NCBI RefSeq assembly: GCF_009914755.1
Contig: NC_060945.1
Strand: one strand, 5' to 3'
DNA length: 64,000 nucleotides
From: the human T2T-CHM13v2.0 reference genome, Homo sapiens
Shown piece after piece: positions 1 through 13,829 of the stretch. Under the pieces are notes generated by a model that worked only from the letters and a program-made list of their open reading frames with translations, had not been told where the DNA came from and ran no database searches. Position 1 is the stretch's first letter. Each line of letters starts with the position of its first letter. Position numbers and translations under genes: made by a program.

Positions 1-648
1 TGGAGAAATAGGAATACTTTTACACTGTTGGTGGGAATGTAAATTAGTTCAACCATTGTGGAAGACAGTGTGGTGATTCCTCAAAGATCTAGAACCAGAA
101 GTGCTATTTGACCCAGCAATCCCATTACTGGGTATATACCCAAAGGATTATAAATCATTCTATTATAAAGATACAGCACGCATATGTTCATTGCAGCATT
201 ATTCACAATAGCAAAGACATGGAATCAACCCGAATGTTCATCCATGATAGAGTGGATAAAGAAAATGTGGTACATATAGACCATGGAATACTATGCAGCC
301 ATAAAAAGGAATAAGATCATGTCCTTTGCAGGGACGTGGATAGAGCTGGAAGCCGTGATCCTCAGCAAACCAACGCAGGAACAGAAAACCAAACACCGCA
401 TGTTCTCACTTATAAGTGGGAGCTGAACAATGAGAACACATGGACACAGGGAGGGAAACGACACGCACTGGGGCCTGTCAGGGTGTGGGGTTGGGGGAGG
501 GAGAGCATTAGGAAAAGAGCTAATGTGTGCTGGGCTTCATACCTAGGTGATGGGTTGGTAGGTGCAGCAAACCACCATGGCACACGTTCACCTATGTAAC
601 AAACCTGCACATCCTGCACATGTACCCCAGAACTTAAAATAAAAAAAA
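1..648 (+). mobile_element. LINE-1 3' end (primate L1PA-like ORF2 end, 3'UTR and A-tail), truncated by window edge
   Basis: Typical L1 3' sequence (ttacactgttggtgggaatgtaaattagttcaaccattgtggaagacagtgtgg ... gcaaaccaccatggcac ... aacctgcacatcctgcacatgtaccccagaacttaaa) ending in an A-rich tail. Confidence 0.9.
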
Positions 649-1499
649 TACTCTTAGCTTCTGTGTGTGTTTCTGTGTGTCTGTATCGTCTCCTCTTCTT
701 ACATGGACACCAGCCATTAGATTAGGGCCACCTAATCCCATAGAGCTACAGGACACAGGACGTCCTGGTTCCTGGAGCATTGACTGTAAGTCAGACGTTA
801 TGTAATACAATTCTCTCTTCACAAAGAGAAACGGATAAAATGTGTCTACTTTGTCATTTTGGATTGGAGAAGAGAACGTCCATGGCTCTTTGAATGAATG
901 AACCATTTCACCAAGTCTCAGTGGCCCCAAGAATCCTTAATAAATACCCTACTGCTGGTTCCCCGGTGCTGGGGTGGGGCAGATGAGTAGCGTAGCACCG
1001 AGAGCTCATGGTCCTTCTCAGGACTGTGGTTTCAGACACTGGGTAAGGGTGTGTCTGAAACGCACAAGTGTGTCCCTGCTTCTAGGGAGTCCCCAGAACA
1101 CAGCAGGCACCCGCACAGACCTTCCACACGGATGGCTCACTCTTCTCCACGCACCAGTAAAGATCACCCAGCCAGGAGGACTGGACTTGGCCCTGGGACA
1201 CCTGGTGGTCTCCTGCTTCGGTCTGGATGCCCCCGTGAAGTCGTAAAGGCCCCCAGGTGGACCCAAGGAAAGCGGGGAGGAGAGGGCTTCCTCGTGGGGC
1301 TCCAGAAACCAGGCACTCGGGCCCCTGCCTCTGCGAGACGTGTTCACTCATTTTGCGGGGTCCCCAGTCTCTGCAAAGCACAGCACCGACGCAAGGCTGG
1401 TCTCTCTGCTTCGCAGGACTCGGTGGTGACATGGGCCGATGGTGGAGGTGCAGGCACCACGGCCTTCCTGCTCCCCACTGGGGTGGAAGCTGCAAAGCT

Positions 1500-1720
1500 C
1501 CTTCGTTGAAGTGGTCACTCCCAGTACCTTGGAATGTGACTTATTTGGAGACAGGGTGTTTGAGAGGCCCTGAAGTAAAAGGAAGCCATCGGGGTAGCCC
1601 TAATCCAATCCGACTGGCATCCACATAAGGAGAGGAGATGAGACACAGACATTCCCAGAGGGAGGACCACATAATGACATGGAGGAGACGCCATCTGCCC
1701 ACGATTCCTGTCCCTGGAGC
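1500..1720 (+). mobile_element. MLT1-family (MaLR) LTR fragment
   Basis: cccagtaccttggaatgtgacttatttggagacaggg ... gccctaatccaat ... ataaggagaggag resembles the MLT1 consensus; boundaries approximate. Confidence 0.6.
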
Positions 1721-3091
1721 ATTGCAGTGAGGCCGGTGTGGGGCAGCCTCAGGGGCGTCCACACCAGGTGAGACGGGGGGTCCAGAGAGACGACGGGCTT
1801 GAGGGGTCCTCACCCTGCACCTGCAGCACCAAAAACTCACCGAGGCCCTCAGGGTCCTCCTTCCCGCACCAGCGGTTCTCTTGCACTTTCTCCTCACTCG
1901 GGACTCAAGGGGCCACCCAGAGCAGCCACCGCAGGCGCCCTGCATGGCTAGAGGGGCCGCCAGGGTCCATGCTCCCGGAGCCTTCTCAGCTCCAATGCAG
2001 AAAGCGTGGGAAAGAAAGACGTATTCCGGGGTTTGTGCATCACAGGCTTAGGCTCTGAGGGGAGTGGAAGTACCAGGGCGGAGAGGAACCTTCAGCAAAG
2101 ATCCCACGTGGCAGAGGCTGAGCTGGAGAGGGTGACCTCAGCAGGGAAGTGAGGAGAGCACAGAGCAGCCAACCAGTTCCTGGCAGCTTTGGGACCGTGT
2201 CTTCTGGGGACTGTGGCCAGGTTCAGGCTCAGCCCTCACCCTTGGTGGTGACTCCGAGGCCGGCAGAGCCCCAAGTCAGCCTGTCCTGGGCAGGCACAAG
2301 GGTCCCACAGCAGGGTCACCCGGAGTCCCCAAGCTGGGCACCCGCATCCCTAAGGGGTGTCACCAGAGGAAACACTTGGGTCTGTGGCTGAGGCTGAGGA
2401 CCTGGCTGGGCAGAGGCCCCCATGGCCTTCATGCCTCTGAGAAAGGGTCAGAAAACTCCTGATGATGGAGGTTAAACAGCCGTGGTCCCTGGGGCATGGA
2501 GGCCTGAATGCCACTGAGCCAAGTTATGTGGAAACAAGGAAGGCAGCATCCAGCACCACTGCCCATGGGAGACTGTGGGCGTGACCAGGTCCTGCAGGGT
2601 TGCAGAGGATGCCCAGGGGACCGGCAGCCCGGGGCTTGCAGGAGGGACCCCAGGCCCACTGAGCTGCAACTTATCAATTAAACCCAAGGATTCAGGCCAC
2701 GTGGTCCCAGATGTGAAGTCGAGCCCCAAAGCCACTATCAGACTTTGGGATCCCAGCCAGGTCACCGGCCTCCCTGCTCCCGGCTCCCTCCTGGTCCAAC
2801 ATGGACTGGGGGTCTGAGGAGTCCACGAAGCTATGTGCTCGCTGCTCAGACACTCACCCCCACACGTGCTGTCACTGGCGGCTGGGCTCATAATTGGAAA
2901 CAGACCCATGTGACTCAGAGGAAGCCAGCACTGCCCCAGCTCACGCAGGCCCTCCTCGGAGCTTTAACAAGGGGCTAGCTTCCTGTGAGCCCCACTGTGT
3001 CCCACTGACATGTCAGCCACACCGCTGAGTTCATCCAGCCAGGGTGTCTTGGAAGGTTCTGTTCCCACGCACGTAGCCAACAGCACCAGGC

Positions 3092-3318
3092 TACACACAC
3101 ACGTGTGGACACACATACACACACACACATGTGCGCACACACATCCACACGCACATGCACACACACGTGCATGCACATACACACCCACACACGTGCACAC
3201 ACACGCGTGTACACTCGTACACGCACATGGACACACACACGTACACACATACACATGCACACATCCGTGGACACACACACACACATGCACACATGCGCAC
3301 ACACACGCACACGCACAT
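3092..3318. repeat. Imperfect (CA)n/(CACG)n alternating purine-pyrimidine tract
   Basis: Seen directly; it produces the His/Thr and Cys/Val ORFs in the track. Confidence 0.9.
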
Positions 3319-6300
3319 CGAGCTCCCATCAGCCCCTCGCGGCCACCCAGGACACAGGATCACAGTGAGCTGCAGTGACCACTCAGGGCTCCCAACGCCC
3401 GTTCCGGGGACCCTTGCTGGGGACTCTGCTTTGGAAAATGCAACAGAGAACAGACGTCTGCAGAGGCAGCCGCACAACTCCCTCACTCCCGGGGAGGTGC
3501 AGCCCCTGCTCTGTGGGCTCAAGAGGAGGTGTGCCACAGAGGTGCTGTGGGGGTGGCATGGATGTGCCTTGTGGGTGCCCCGGGGGGTGCTGTGGGGGTT
3601 CCCTGGGGGTGTCAAGGGGTGGGCCACATGGGCGAGCCCCCGATGGCGTGTTGCGCTGCTCCCAGACTTGTCCTGTCAGCGTGGCTGCCGCCCATTCTCC
3701 TCGCGTCCCCCCCTCCTCCCTGGAACCAGGTCCAGATGTGAGGTTCTGCCCTCGTGGCCACCAGCCTCCCAGCAGATGACCAGGAAGTCGCTGTGAGCAT
3801 CTCACGGGGATGGAGAAGCACATTCAGTGAGTGTCAGGAGGATGTCAGCCTAGACTGGGTGAGGTCCCAGGTGCAGCCCCGTGGGTCATAAACAGCAGCT
3901 AAACCTGCAGGGCCCAGGGCGGTGCAGCTGCCGAGGCACAGAAGACGACAAGGGGCACTGGCAGGAGGCCCCCGAGCGCCTGGGCTGTACATGCAGATAA
4001 AAGCTGCAGACACGTGGCCTCACCAGCTCCCACTGCAGCCCAGCCTGCAGGCCAGGAGTCTGGGGCTCAGCCAGTCTCACGCAGCAACTGCAGCCTGGTC
4101 CCGGGCCCGGGGGGACGGCCGTCTCCAAGCTCACTCGGCTGACAGCCAACCTGTTCCCGGTTCCCGGCAGCTTTGGGACTGTGTCTTCTGGGGACTGTGG
4201 CCAGGCTCAGCCCTCACCCTTGGCAACAGTCCCCCAGCCCCTCACAGGAGTCCCCAGGTGCTTCCAACCCTACAACTTCTCTTCTGGCCCCACTCGAGGT
4301 GCCATAGGCCTCCCGTCATGAGGCCAGGTCCACCCAGTGACCTCCCACCTAAGGTCAACTGATGAGCACCCCAACTACTCTGAAAACGGGATGTCACAGA
4401 GCAGGAGTGACGCCGGGGTACAGACCCAGGCCACCCAGTCTCCTGCCCACCACCGAGGAGAGGACGCTGAATGGGGCTTCTGAGGCCAAGTGCGCCAACG
4501 CAGACACTGCGTAGCCCCAGAGGCCTCGGGGACAACGGGATGAGGAGGGCACTCGAAGGCGCCCGGCACACGGCCGTCTCCTTCGTGCACCAGGACCTCC
4601 TCCCGAGCTCAGACACAGAAGGCCTGCTCTGCAGAAAACATGGGTGTCTGACCATTACCAGTCACTCACTAATAGCCCAAATTCCTTCCTGATAAATGTG
4701 CCGTGACACATTCACCTGGACCCAGCCACCTTCGGAACATTTTCTCCGAGTGACAAATATGACTGCACGGCCCGGGCTCTGGAAAGTGTGTCATGTACAG
4801 GAACGGCCGAGGTCGTTTAGCTGGCGTGGGGGTGGGCACGGCCCTGCATCCCCCCAGCAGTGAGGCAGGGACAGACTGTGAAGCCTCCCCCAGGCCCCAC
4901 TGAAGACCCCCCGGTCCCCAACCCTAGGGACTGAGGGGTGGGCCCAGAGCAGGGACAGGGGAGCCTCAGGGTCTCTGCAGCTGGGGCCTCCCAGCGCTCC
5001 CCCTGGCAGGTGGCCTGGGCCAGGGCAGCTGACTCAGAGCCCCGGATGGCAGGGAGGCCCGAACCAGCTGTGGCACCCACGGCCGCACCCGACAGCCATG
5101 GAAACTTCCCGACAGCAGTCGCTGTTTCACAGCTGAGGAGGAGAGGGGAGCAGCCCAGGGGCCCTGCAGCAGGTGCCATGTGGACTCGGCCCAGCCGTCC
5201 AGGACCCGAAGAGCAGGCGCAGCCACTGGAGGGCTACGGATTCCAGGGCTTAGAAGGAGGTGCCGGCGGCTCCCAGGGAGCAGGCCATTTGCTTGTTCTC
5301 AGCAGCCCCTACCACGGGACAGTGAGAACCTTCACACCACACGGAGGAACCCGCAAGACACGCATGCCCCTCTCACGGGTGGGGAAACTGAGGCACCCAG
5401 GGAGCAAATGACTTGCCTCAGGTCAGGCAGAGGATGAATGGGGTCCTTCATGCCCTGTCTCTCCCAGGCTCTGAGTAGCTGAGCGCCGTTGGCCGAGGCA
5501 GCCTGGGAATAGGGGGACAACAGGAGCCTGGACGGCAAAGAGGGGGTGAGCGGTCAGCTCCCCCGACCCCTCCACAGACCCCGTCCACCGTGCAGGGCCC
5601 CAGAGCCCAGGGTCCAGAGGCCGCCCCTCAAACACACTGTGGCTTTGCAGTCCCTGGAGGCTGCCGTGCGTGTCTGCTGTGGGCGGTACAAGGACGGGGG
5701 ACAGCAGCCCCCCGAGGCCAGGCCAGGTGGGGGCAGGGGTCCTGCAGATGCAACCTCGGGGCTCCCGTCAGGGCGGCTCTCAGGGTCAACAGCCCGGCCC
5801 ACCCTCCCCAGGCAACCGTTCACCCCGCCTCAGTCACGGCTTGGACGACGACACTCGCTGCTCAGCCATCGTGGTGTGACCCCGGGAGGCTGTGGTCAGT
5901 CCCAGAGTGAGCAGGCCTGGGGGTGCTGTGCCCCCTCCTGGCAGGGACCCACCCACTTGATCTCTCTTCCCCATCTGACCCTTGCTCCCCAGAGACCCTC
6001 CCAGTCCCGACCTGTCCCACAGGCTGGGCCTTGACAGAGAAGCCAGGTGGGCTAGAGGGTCCTCTCACTTTGGGCCTCTGTGTCCCTGGGGTGCCACGCC
6101 TGGGACTGTCCACACCAACTGCAGGGGAGAGAAGCTCAGGAGGACTCAGGACCTGGCAATGCCAAGAAAATGACCCCCTCCTCCAGGAAGGCCACTGGGC
6201 TTCCACTCAGGTGGGGAGGCTGGGTGACCAGTCCCTGGGACGTGAGCTGAGGCCAGAAGACATGCTGGCAGGGATCGGGGCCTTGAGCATTCGTGGGGGC

Positions 6301-8369
6301 AGAGTGGGGCGCCTGATAAAGGGGGTCTCTGAGCTGGTGGGAGGGGGCCCCTGGAGAGCTGGGTGGGGTGGGGGACTCAGAGTCTTGTCCAGAGGGACCT
6401 GAGCTTGGAAGAGGTGACCTGGGGGGCAGCCGGGCAGGCAAGGTGCTCCCAGCCTGCAGGCCATCGTCACCATCCAGGTCTTATTGGGAGGCCCTGGGCC
6501 GCACCCAGCAGCCCTCCCCCGCCTGCCACCACATCTGCACGTGCGGGGATCTAATAAGTGAGTTGGGTAATTGGGTGCGTTGAGCAGGGAGGGGGCCACA
6601 TGTTGCTGGTCTCACCCTCGACCGCATCTGCTTACTGAGAGGAGGTTTGCCCGGTGGAGTCTCCACAGGGCCCTCCAAGGCTGGGCCTCAGACCCTGGGG
6701 GAGGGCAGGCGGCAGCCTCCAGGGAGTCCTGACTCTGGGGAGAAACTGAGAGGCCCCTGTGGCATTTCGGTTAAACCAGCCCCAGAAAATCCCACCCCTG
6801 CGACGACTGTGGGCCCCGGAATCAGGCCCTCTCGAAGTGGCTTCCAGCTCACAAGTTCATAGCCACCCCCCGGCTGCCGCCCACAGCACCGCGCCCTCCA
6901 CGCGGGGCTGCACGTTTGTTCCGGGTCTCAAGGCTGTTAATCCTCAGGACAGCTGGTTCTGTTTAGGGCTTGATTTGTCCGACAATTTAAAATTTTCTTC
7001 CTGCCGGAAAGCAGCTCCTTCAAAGGGAAGAGAGGCTTCTCTGCGGCCGACGTCGCTGAGTCTTCCAAGACCTCAGCCCACAGAGCGGGAGGGGCCCAGA
7101 GGGCAGCGTGAGTGCCTCAGACCACGGGAGGGAGCTGCCCAGGAGCCAGGAGGACCAGTGCCCCCAAAGAAACGCAACAGGGCACGCAGCCCCACCACGC
7201 CCCACTCCTCCCGACCTCAAGGAACAGAGCAGGCAGGAGTGGGAGGGAGGCGCAGACAAGGCCTGTGTCCTGGGCCTGTAGGGGAGAAGCTGGAGAGAGC
7301 AGGCCCTGTACCCTGAGGATGTGGAATGGGCGCCCCACCGCAGACGGCTCCTAGGGTCCCTTCCAGGCGGTATTCCTAATTTCTGGGCATGTGTCATCCC
7401 TGTGGCTCGGCTGCACGGGCTGTGAGCTGCTCCCGATGCCTGTGGAACAGGGGGCTGCTCCCCACCCCCGCCAACATACAGGGCAGCGGAGATGCAAGCA
7501 GCAATAGCCTGACTTTGAGGCTGGATGTCCAGTCTCTGGGTCCGAACCCATCCCAGGCGAGCTGTGGTCCCAGACCCCCTAGTGCAGCTCTGGGGGGGAC
7601 CCAGGGCCCTGTCTTGAGCTCTGTGATGTCCCCTCCCCTCTGAAACTGGCAACTGGTCCCAGGCAGTGTGACCACCCCACACCCGGCCCTGTGGCTGCTG
7701 TGAGTGCCCTCTGACCCTGCCCTGTGGTGGCTTCCTGTGAGCAGCGGCAGCAGACCCATCTGCTCCTGTGTTCCCGTCTGAACCCTCCTGCCGTCCTGGG
7801 GGCTGCGGGAGGGGCTACCAGCCAGACGAGGGCTGACCCGGGAGGCGAGTACAGTGGTGCCGGGGAGGGTCAGGGGTCTCGGTGAGAATTGCGAATGGTC
7901 AAACCCAGAGGTTGCACCCGAGGCCAGGTCCAGAGGGGAGCCCAGGCCACCCTGAGGGACAGGTCCCTGGGTGGGGCGGGAGCCGGAAAAGGAGGAACAC
8001 ACTGGAATGCGTCCCAGGTTCTCCATCAAGCTGACGTTGGCATCAGGGTAAATGTACAATTCTAATAATGTGAGAATAAGGCTCATTAGAGGTAGATATT
8101 GGGTTTTGTTAAAAGGTATTTCCAGCCTGTCTTAAACCAATCACAGGACTTCTCTCCTCTTGTGTCCATCAAGGACACTTAGGTGCCTCCAGGTTTGGCT
8201 GTGTGTGGTTTCACACCATCATGCCAGCTGGCACGCGCGTGCACCCAGTGGTGCTGACACCTCCACAGTGAGCCAGGGAAACCTGCCTGCGGCTGCCACC
8301 GCCCCAACCCTGGTATCCTGGGAGGTTCCTCACGGGCAGCTCGCCCGACCCAGGTGCAGTGAAGAGTCC

Positions 8370-9523
8370 CCTGTGACTGAGGAGGAGCAGTGACACAGCC
8401 AGGGCACAGTGTGACTCCAGGACTCCCGGACCCCGCCCCTGTGACCGAGGAGGAGCAGTGACACAGCCAGGACACAGTGAGACTCCAGGACTCCCCGACC
8501 CTGCCCCTGTGACAGAGGAGGAGCAGTGACACAGCCAGGACACGGTGTGACTCCAGGACCCTGCCCCTGTGACCGAGGAGGAGCAGTGACACAGCCAGGG
8601 CATAGTGTGACTCCAGGACCCTGCCCCTGTGACCGAGGAGGAGCAGTGACACAGCCAGGACACAGTGTGACTCCAGGACTCCCGGACCCCGCCCCTGTGA
8701 CCGAGGAGGAGCAGTGACACAGCCAGGACACAGTGAGACTCCAGGACTCCCTGACCCTGCCCCTGTGACAGAGGAGGAGCAGTGACACAGCCAGGGCATA
8801 GTGTGACTCCAGGACCCTGCCCCTGTGACCGAGGAGGAGCAGTGACACAGCCAGGGCACAGTGTGACTCCAGGACCCTGCCCCTGTGACCGAGGAGGAGC
8901 AGTGACACAGCCAGGGCACAGTGTGACTCCAGGACCCTGCCCCTGTGACCGAGGAGGAGCAGTGACACAGCCAGGGCACAGTGTGACTCCAGGACTCCCG
9001 GACCCTGCCCCTGTGACTGAGGAGGAGGAGTGACACAGCCAGGACACCGTGTGACTCCAGGACCCTGCCCCTGTGACCGAGGAGGAGCAGTGACACAGCC
9101 AGGGCACAGTGTGACTCCAGGACCCTGCCCCTGTGACTGAGGAGGAGCAGTGACACAGCCAGGGCACAGTGTGACTCCAGGACTCCCGGACCCTGCCCCT
9201 GTGACTGAGGAGGAGGAGTGACACAGCCAGGGCATAGTGTGACTCCAGGACCCTGCCCCTGTGACTGAGGAGGAGCAGTGACACAGCCAGGGCACAGTGT
9301 GACTCCAGGACTCCCGGACCCTGCCCCTGTGACTGAGGAGGAGCAGTGACACAGCCGGGGCATAGTGTGACTCCAGGACTCCAGGACCCTCCCCCTGTGA
9401 CAGAGGAGGAGCAGTGACACAGCCAGGACACCGTGTGACTCCAGGACCCTGCCCCTGTGACAGAGGAGGAGCAGTGACACAGCCAGGGCACAGTGTGACT
9501 CCAGGACCCTGCCCCTGTGACTG
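8370..9523. repeat. Minisatellite, ~18 units of 60 bp and 68 bp
   Basis: Unit ccctgtgaccgaggaggagcagtgacacagccagggcacagtgtgactccaggaccctgc; the lines at 8821 and 8881 are identical; the long unit adds ctcccgga. Confidence 0.97.
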
Positions 9524-9679
9524 ATCGCCTGGGTGCTTTTGCCCCACCATCCTGACCACTGTCATCATGGACCAGTCAGTGGCACTGCTATCCTCAGACA
9601 GGCTGGCCTGGGCTGAATGGTGGCCTTCAAACTTGGTCATCATCCCAAATAAAATGACAGGCCCAGCCACACAACACTG

Positions 9680-12600
9680 AAATAGAAAACAGGCAAACAA
9701 TAGAGACAATCAACACAACAAAAAGCTGACTCTGAAAAGATCAATAAATTTGATACAACTCTACCTATACTGATTTTTTAAAAGAGAGAAGTGACAAATT
9801 ATTAACATGAGAAATGAAATAGGAAACATCACTACAGATCTGACAGACATTAAAAGGACAATAAAGAAATATGATGACCAACTTTATGCCAATAAATTTA
9901 GACAACTTATATAAAATAAACAGATTCCTTGAAATATATAAATTATCTAAATTAACTCAAAAATATTCCTATAGTTATTAAGAAAATTGTGTGAGAGGTC
10001 TTCACTGGAGAATTATATCAAACATTTAAGAAAGAAGTAACACCAATTCTGAATAAACTCTTTCAGAATATAGAAGGGAAGGTAACATTTCAAAATTTAT
10101 TTGATGAGACCAAAATCATCCTGATACCCAAACCAGAAAAGAAAAACACAGACCAACATCTCAAATGAACATAAACACAAAATTCCTTAACAAAGCATTA
10201 GCAAATTGAACCTGCCAATTTATATAAAGGATACTATACCATAGCTAACTGTGCTTATGCAATTTTGGCTTAAGATTTTTTAAATCAAACAATATAATTT
10301 ACTATAATAGCAGAATAGAGGTGATGAACAATTTGATCACCTCAATAAATGCAGAAAGTATATTTGACAAAATGCAATGCCTGTTTGTGAAAGTACTCTA
10401 AGAAAACTAGAAATTGAAGTTAACTTTCTCTAAAATAAAAACTAAAAAAAAAAGAAGTTAACTTTCTCAACATAATAAAGAGCATCATCACCAACAACCA
10501 CCAAAGCTACCCTATAGTTAATACCATATTTCTGTGAAAGACAGTGGACTTTCTCTCTAAATTCAGGACTATGTTAAGGACATCCATTCTCACCACTGCT
10601 ATTTGACATTGTACTGGAGGTTTAACTAGCGGATAAAGGCAAGAAAAAGAAATAAAGGTATACATATTGGAAAGAAGAGGTGTATTGGTCTGTTCTCATG
10701 CTGCTGTAGAGAACTGCCCAAGACTGGGTAACTTATAAAGGAAAGAGGCTTAATTGACTCATAGTTTAACATGGCTGGGGAGGCCTCAGGAAACTTACAA
10801 TCATGGCAGAAGGGGAAGCCAACATGTCCTTCTTCACATGGTGGCAGGGAGAGAGAAGTGCAGAGTGAAAGGGGGAAAAGCCCCTTATAAAACCATCATA
10901 TCTTGTGAGAACTCACCCACTATCATGAGAACAGCATGGGGGCACCACCCCCATGATCTAATCACCCCCCCACAAGATCCCTCCCCCAACATGTGGGGAT
11001 TACAATTCGGATTACAATTCAAGACTAAATTTGGGTGGGGACACAGAGCCAGACTACATCATGAGGTAATATTGTCTGTATTCACAGAGGATATTATTTT
11101 GTGCTTAGAAAATTCTACAGAATTTATTTAAAAAGCTGCAAGAACCGAACCGATAAGTGAATTTGACAAGGCACAGGATCAATGAACAAAAATTAATTAT
11201 AAGGCCAGGACTTCTGGAATGGTGGAGTGAGAACCTCCATAAATCCAGTTTTCCTTAAAAGCAAAGAAATTACTAGAAAAAGTATCAAAATATTCTTTTT
11301 CAGAGCTCTACAGATTAACCAAAGTATTGCAACAACCTGAAAAGCATTTATTCCAGAAAAAAATACTGTACCTTGGTAAGAATTAACTACTGACACATAG
11401 CCTATCATAAATGAACCTCAAAAACATTATGCTAAATGAAAGAAGCCAGACACAAGAGACCACATACTGTATGATTCCATATGATTCCATTTACATGAAA
11501 CATCCAGAAAAGGCAAATCTATAGAGAGAAAGCAGATTAGTGGTTTCCTGGGGTGGAGGGTATGAAAGGGTATTAACGATAAATGAGCATAAGAAGTCTT
11601 ATTGGGGTGATGAAAACTTTCTAAAGCTGATTTATGATTATGATTATACCATTTGGTAAATTTGCCAAAAATTATTGAATTGCATACTCATACTTGAATA
11701 GGGGGAATTTTATGTTATGTAAAATATACCTGAATAAACCTATTTTGGAAAGAAAAACAAACTAAGCATACTATTTGCCAGTTTCTCAGTGCTAGGGAGA
11801 AAACACCTAGAATTTAGGGCCCTCGAAGGAACAGAACCCTCAGCAAATACCTTAGACTCTCAGCTGGTCCCTTGGAAAGTTAGGCTCTAGGATTAGGGGA
11901 AAACTGGTGATATATCAGTATTCACAAAGACATAAACTTAGATTTGAACTACATCCAACTGTGATTGGAAAAAGGTGACCTGTCCCTACACCAACTGTCC
12001 ACCAAAATAACACTAAATCCTATAAAAAGTAAGATAACATTAAACAGAGCTTCTACAATATTTCATACACAATGTCCAGCACTTAATCAAAAATAACCCA
12101 GCAAGAAAAGAGACAGGACCGTATGCCTGTATGGGGGAAAAAACAAACAAGAGAAACAGATCCATGGGTGGCCTTGATTTGGGAGTTATCAGACATGAAC
12201 TTTAAAATAAGTATGATTCATGAGACATTAGAAGATGAGATAGTTGCGTTAAAAAAAGTAATTGACACTGAAGATAAAACAGAAATTCTAAAAGTAAAAA
12301 ATGCAATAATTAATGTTAAAAGCTCAATGGATAGGATTAATAGCAGATTAGACATAACAGAAAAGAGAATAAGTTAATTTGAAAATAGGTCAAAAGGAAA
12401 TGGGCAGACTGAAGGACAAAGACAGATAATATAGAAAAGCATATAAGAGATGCATGGAAGATGATGAAAGGCTCTAACCTGTGAAATTTAAGGCCCAGGA
12501 GGAAAATAAAGACAGAAAGGGGCAGAGGCAATATCTGAAGAGATCATAACCAAGAACTTTTCTAAAACTGATAAAAAATATCTTACCACAGATTCAAAAA

Positions 12601-12915
12601 AGAAAATCTACACATAAAGGACATCGTTCCTAGGTACATCATAAAACTGCTGTAAACCAAAGACGATAAGAAAACCTTGAAAGAATCCAGAGGAAAAAAG
12701 CACATTTTATTTAAAGAAACAACAGAAAGATAGATTTTTTTCCACAAATCTGAAAGCCAGAAGATAATGGAATGTCATCTTCAGAGTATCAAAAGAAAAT
12801 AACTGCTAAGTTGGAATTCTTACCTAGGGAAATATCTTTCAAAACTGAAGGTTAAATAAAAGGCTGTTGAAACAAATGAAAACTAAGGAAATGTGTTGCT
12901 AACAGACCCACACTA
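9680..12915 (+). mobile_element. Nested old LINE-1 (L1M) fragments: ORF2 piece, 3'UTR piece (~11400-11750), 5'/ORF1 piece
   Basis: A-rich sequence with decayed L1 motifs; ORF 12123..12377 (KSSMDRINSRLDITEKRIS) is ORF1 coiled-coil-like; interrupted by an LTR at 10681. Confidence 0.8.
10681..11061. mobile_element. MST/THE1-family MaLR solo LTR inserted in L1
   Basis: TG...CA termini; typical gagactgggtaa-like and ggaggcctcaggaaacttacaatcatggcagaaggggaag sequence; near 5-bp TSD agagg/tgagg. Confidence 0.85.
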
Positions 12916-12917
12916 GG

Positions 12918-13300
12918 CAGTCTCTAAAATAGCCTGCAGCAATCCTGCCTCCTGGTATTCCTGACCTTGTATAATCCCCTCCACCTGAGCACAGGCTGGA
13001 CCTAGTGACTGACTGCTAACAAACAGATTACGGCAAAAGTGATGAGATGTAATTCGAAGACTAGCCTACAAAAAGTTGTTTACTTCTGTCTTGCTGGGCC
13101 ACCGTCTCATTCTCCTCTCTTGCCAGCTTTCTCTCTCACAGCTCCCACTCTAGGGCAATCAAGTTTCTGTATTGCACATAGGGAGCTGTGGTGAGAAGCT
13201 GGTGTCTCCAGCCAGCAGGGGCTGAGGACGGCCACAGTTGCGTGAGTGAGCATGGAAGTTATTCTCCCCCACTCCAGCCTTGCAGCAAGGGCTGGCAGGA
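12918..13300 (+). mobile_element. MLT1-family LTR fragment
   Basis: cctcctggtattc...ttgtataatcccctcc...ggctggacctagtgact resembles MLT1E/F; approximate. Confidence 0.55.
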
Positions 13301-13829
13301 GGCCTTTTACCCTGTATCCTTTTGTGCCTTTTGACTTTTGCACAGTGGCCATGCATTATCTTCCCCAAAATAAACAATAATGTCATAACTATTTAATGCC
13401 AATCACTAGTAAAAGGTAAAAATTAATAACAAAAAGGCAAAGAAAAGTAACTGTAAACATGCACCTAACAAAGAGGGCACTCTGCAGGTGAGCACATCCT
13501 TCTCCCATATCAGACGGAGGCCCTGCCTCCAAGATAGAAGATGGCAGTCACCCGGGACTTTCACCCTTTCTCCCTCAAGAGAGTTTGTCAGTGTTGGTGA
13601 GGAGTACATCCAGAGATTTACAACACCCTTATCCACCCATCACGAATATGTATGTCTTCAGCTACATGGCATGGCCTTTAAGATCAGAGGCTACATCTTT
13701 CTATGTTCCAATCTCCTGAAATGGTCAGTGCTTGCCTTTAGGAGAGGATGGTGGGGATAGACAAAGGTTATGGGAATGGGAATGGGAAAAGGTGATAGTG
13801 TTGTTGTTGGTGGTGGTGGTGGTGGTGGT

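Noticed and set aside
900-8300. Many 60-230 aa ORFs in GC-rich upstream DNA
   Set aside because: No recognisable protein family, codon bias or consistent exon chain; a lncRNA cannot be excluded from sequence alone
8370-9523. CRISPR-like appearance; 426-459 aa ORFs; repeated CACAGTG RSS heptamers
   Set aside because: Head-to-tail units with no unique spacers, in human DNA with no cas genes; the ORFs are repeat translations; no ACAAAAACC-like nonamer at 12/23 spacing
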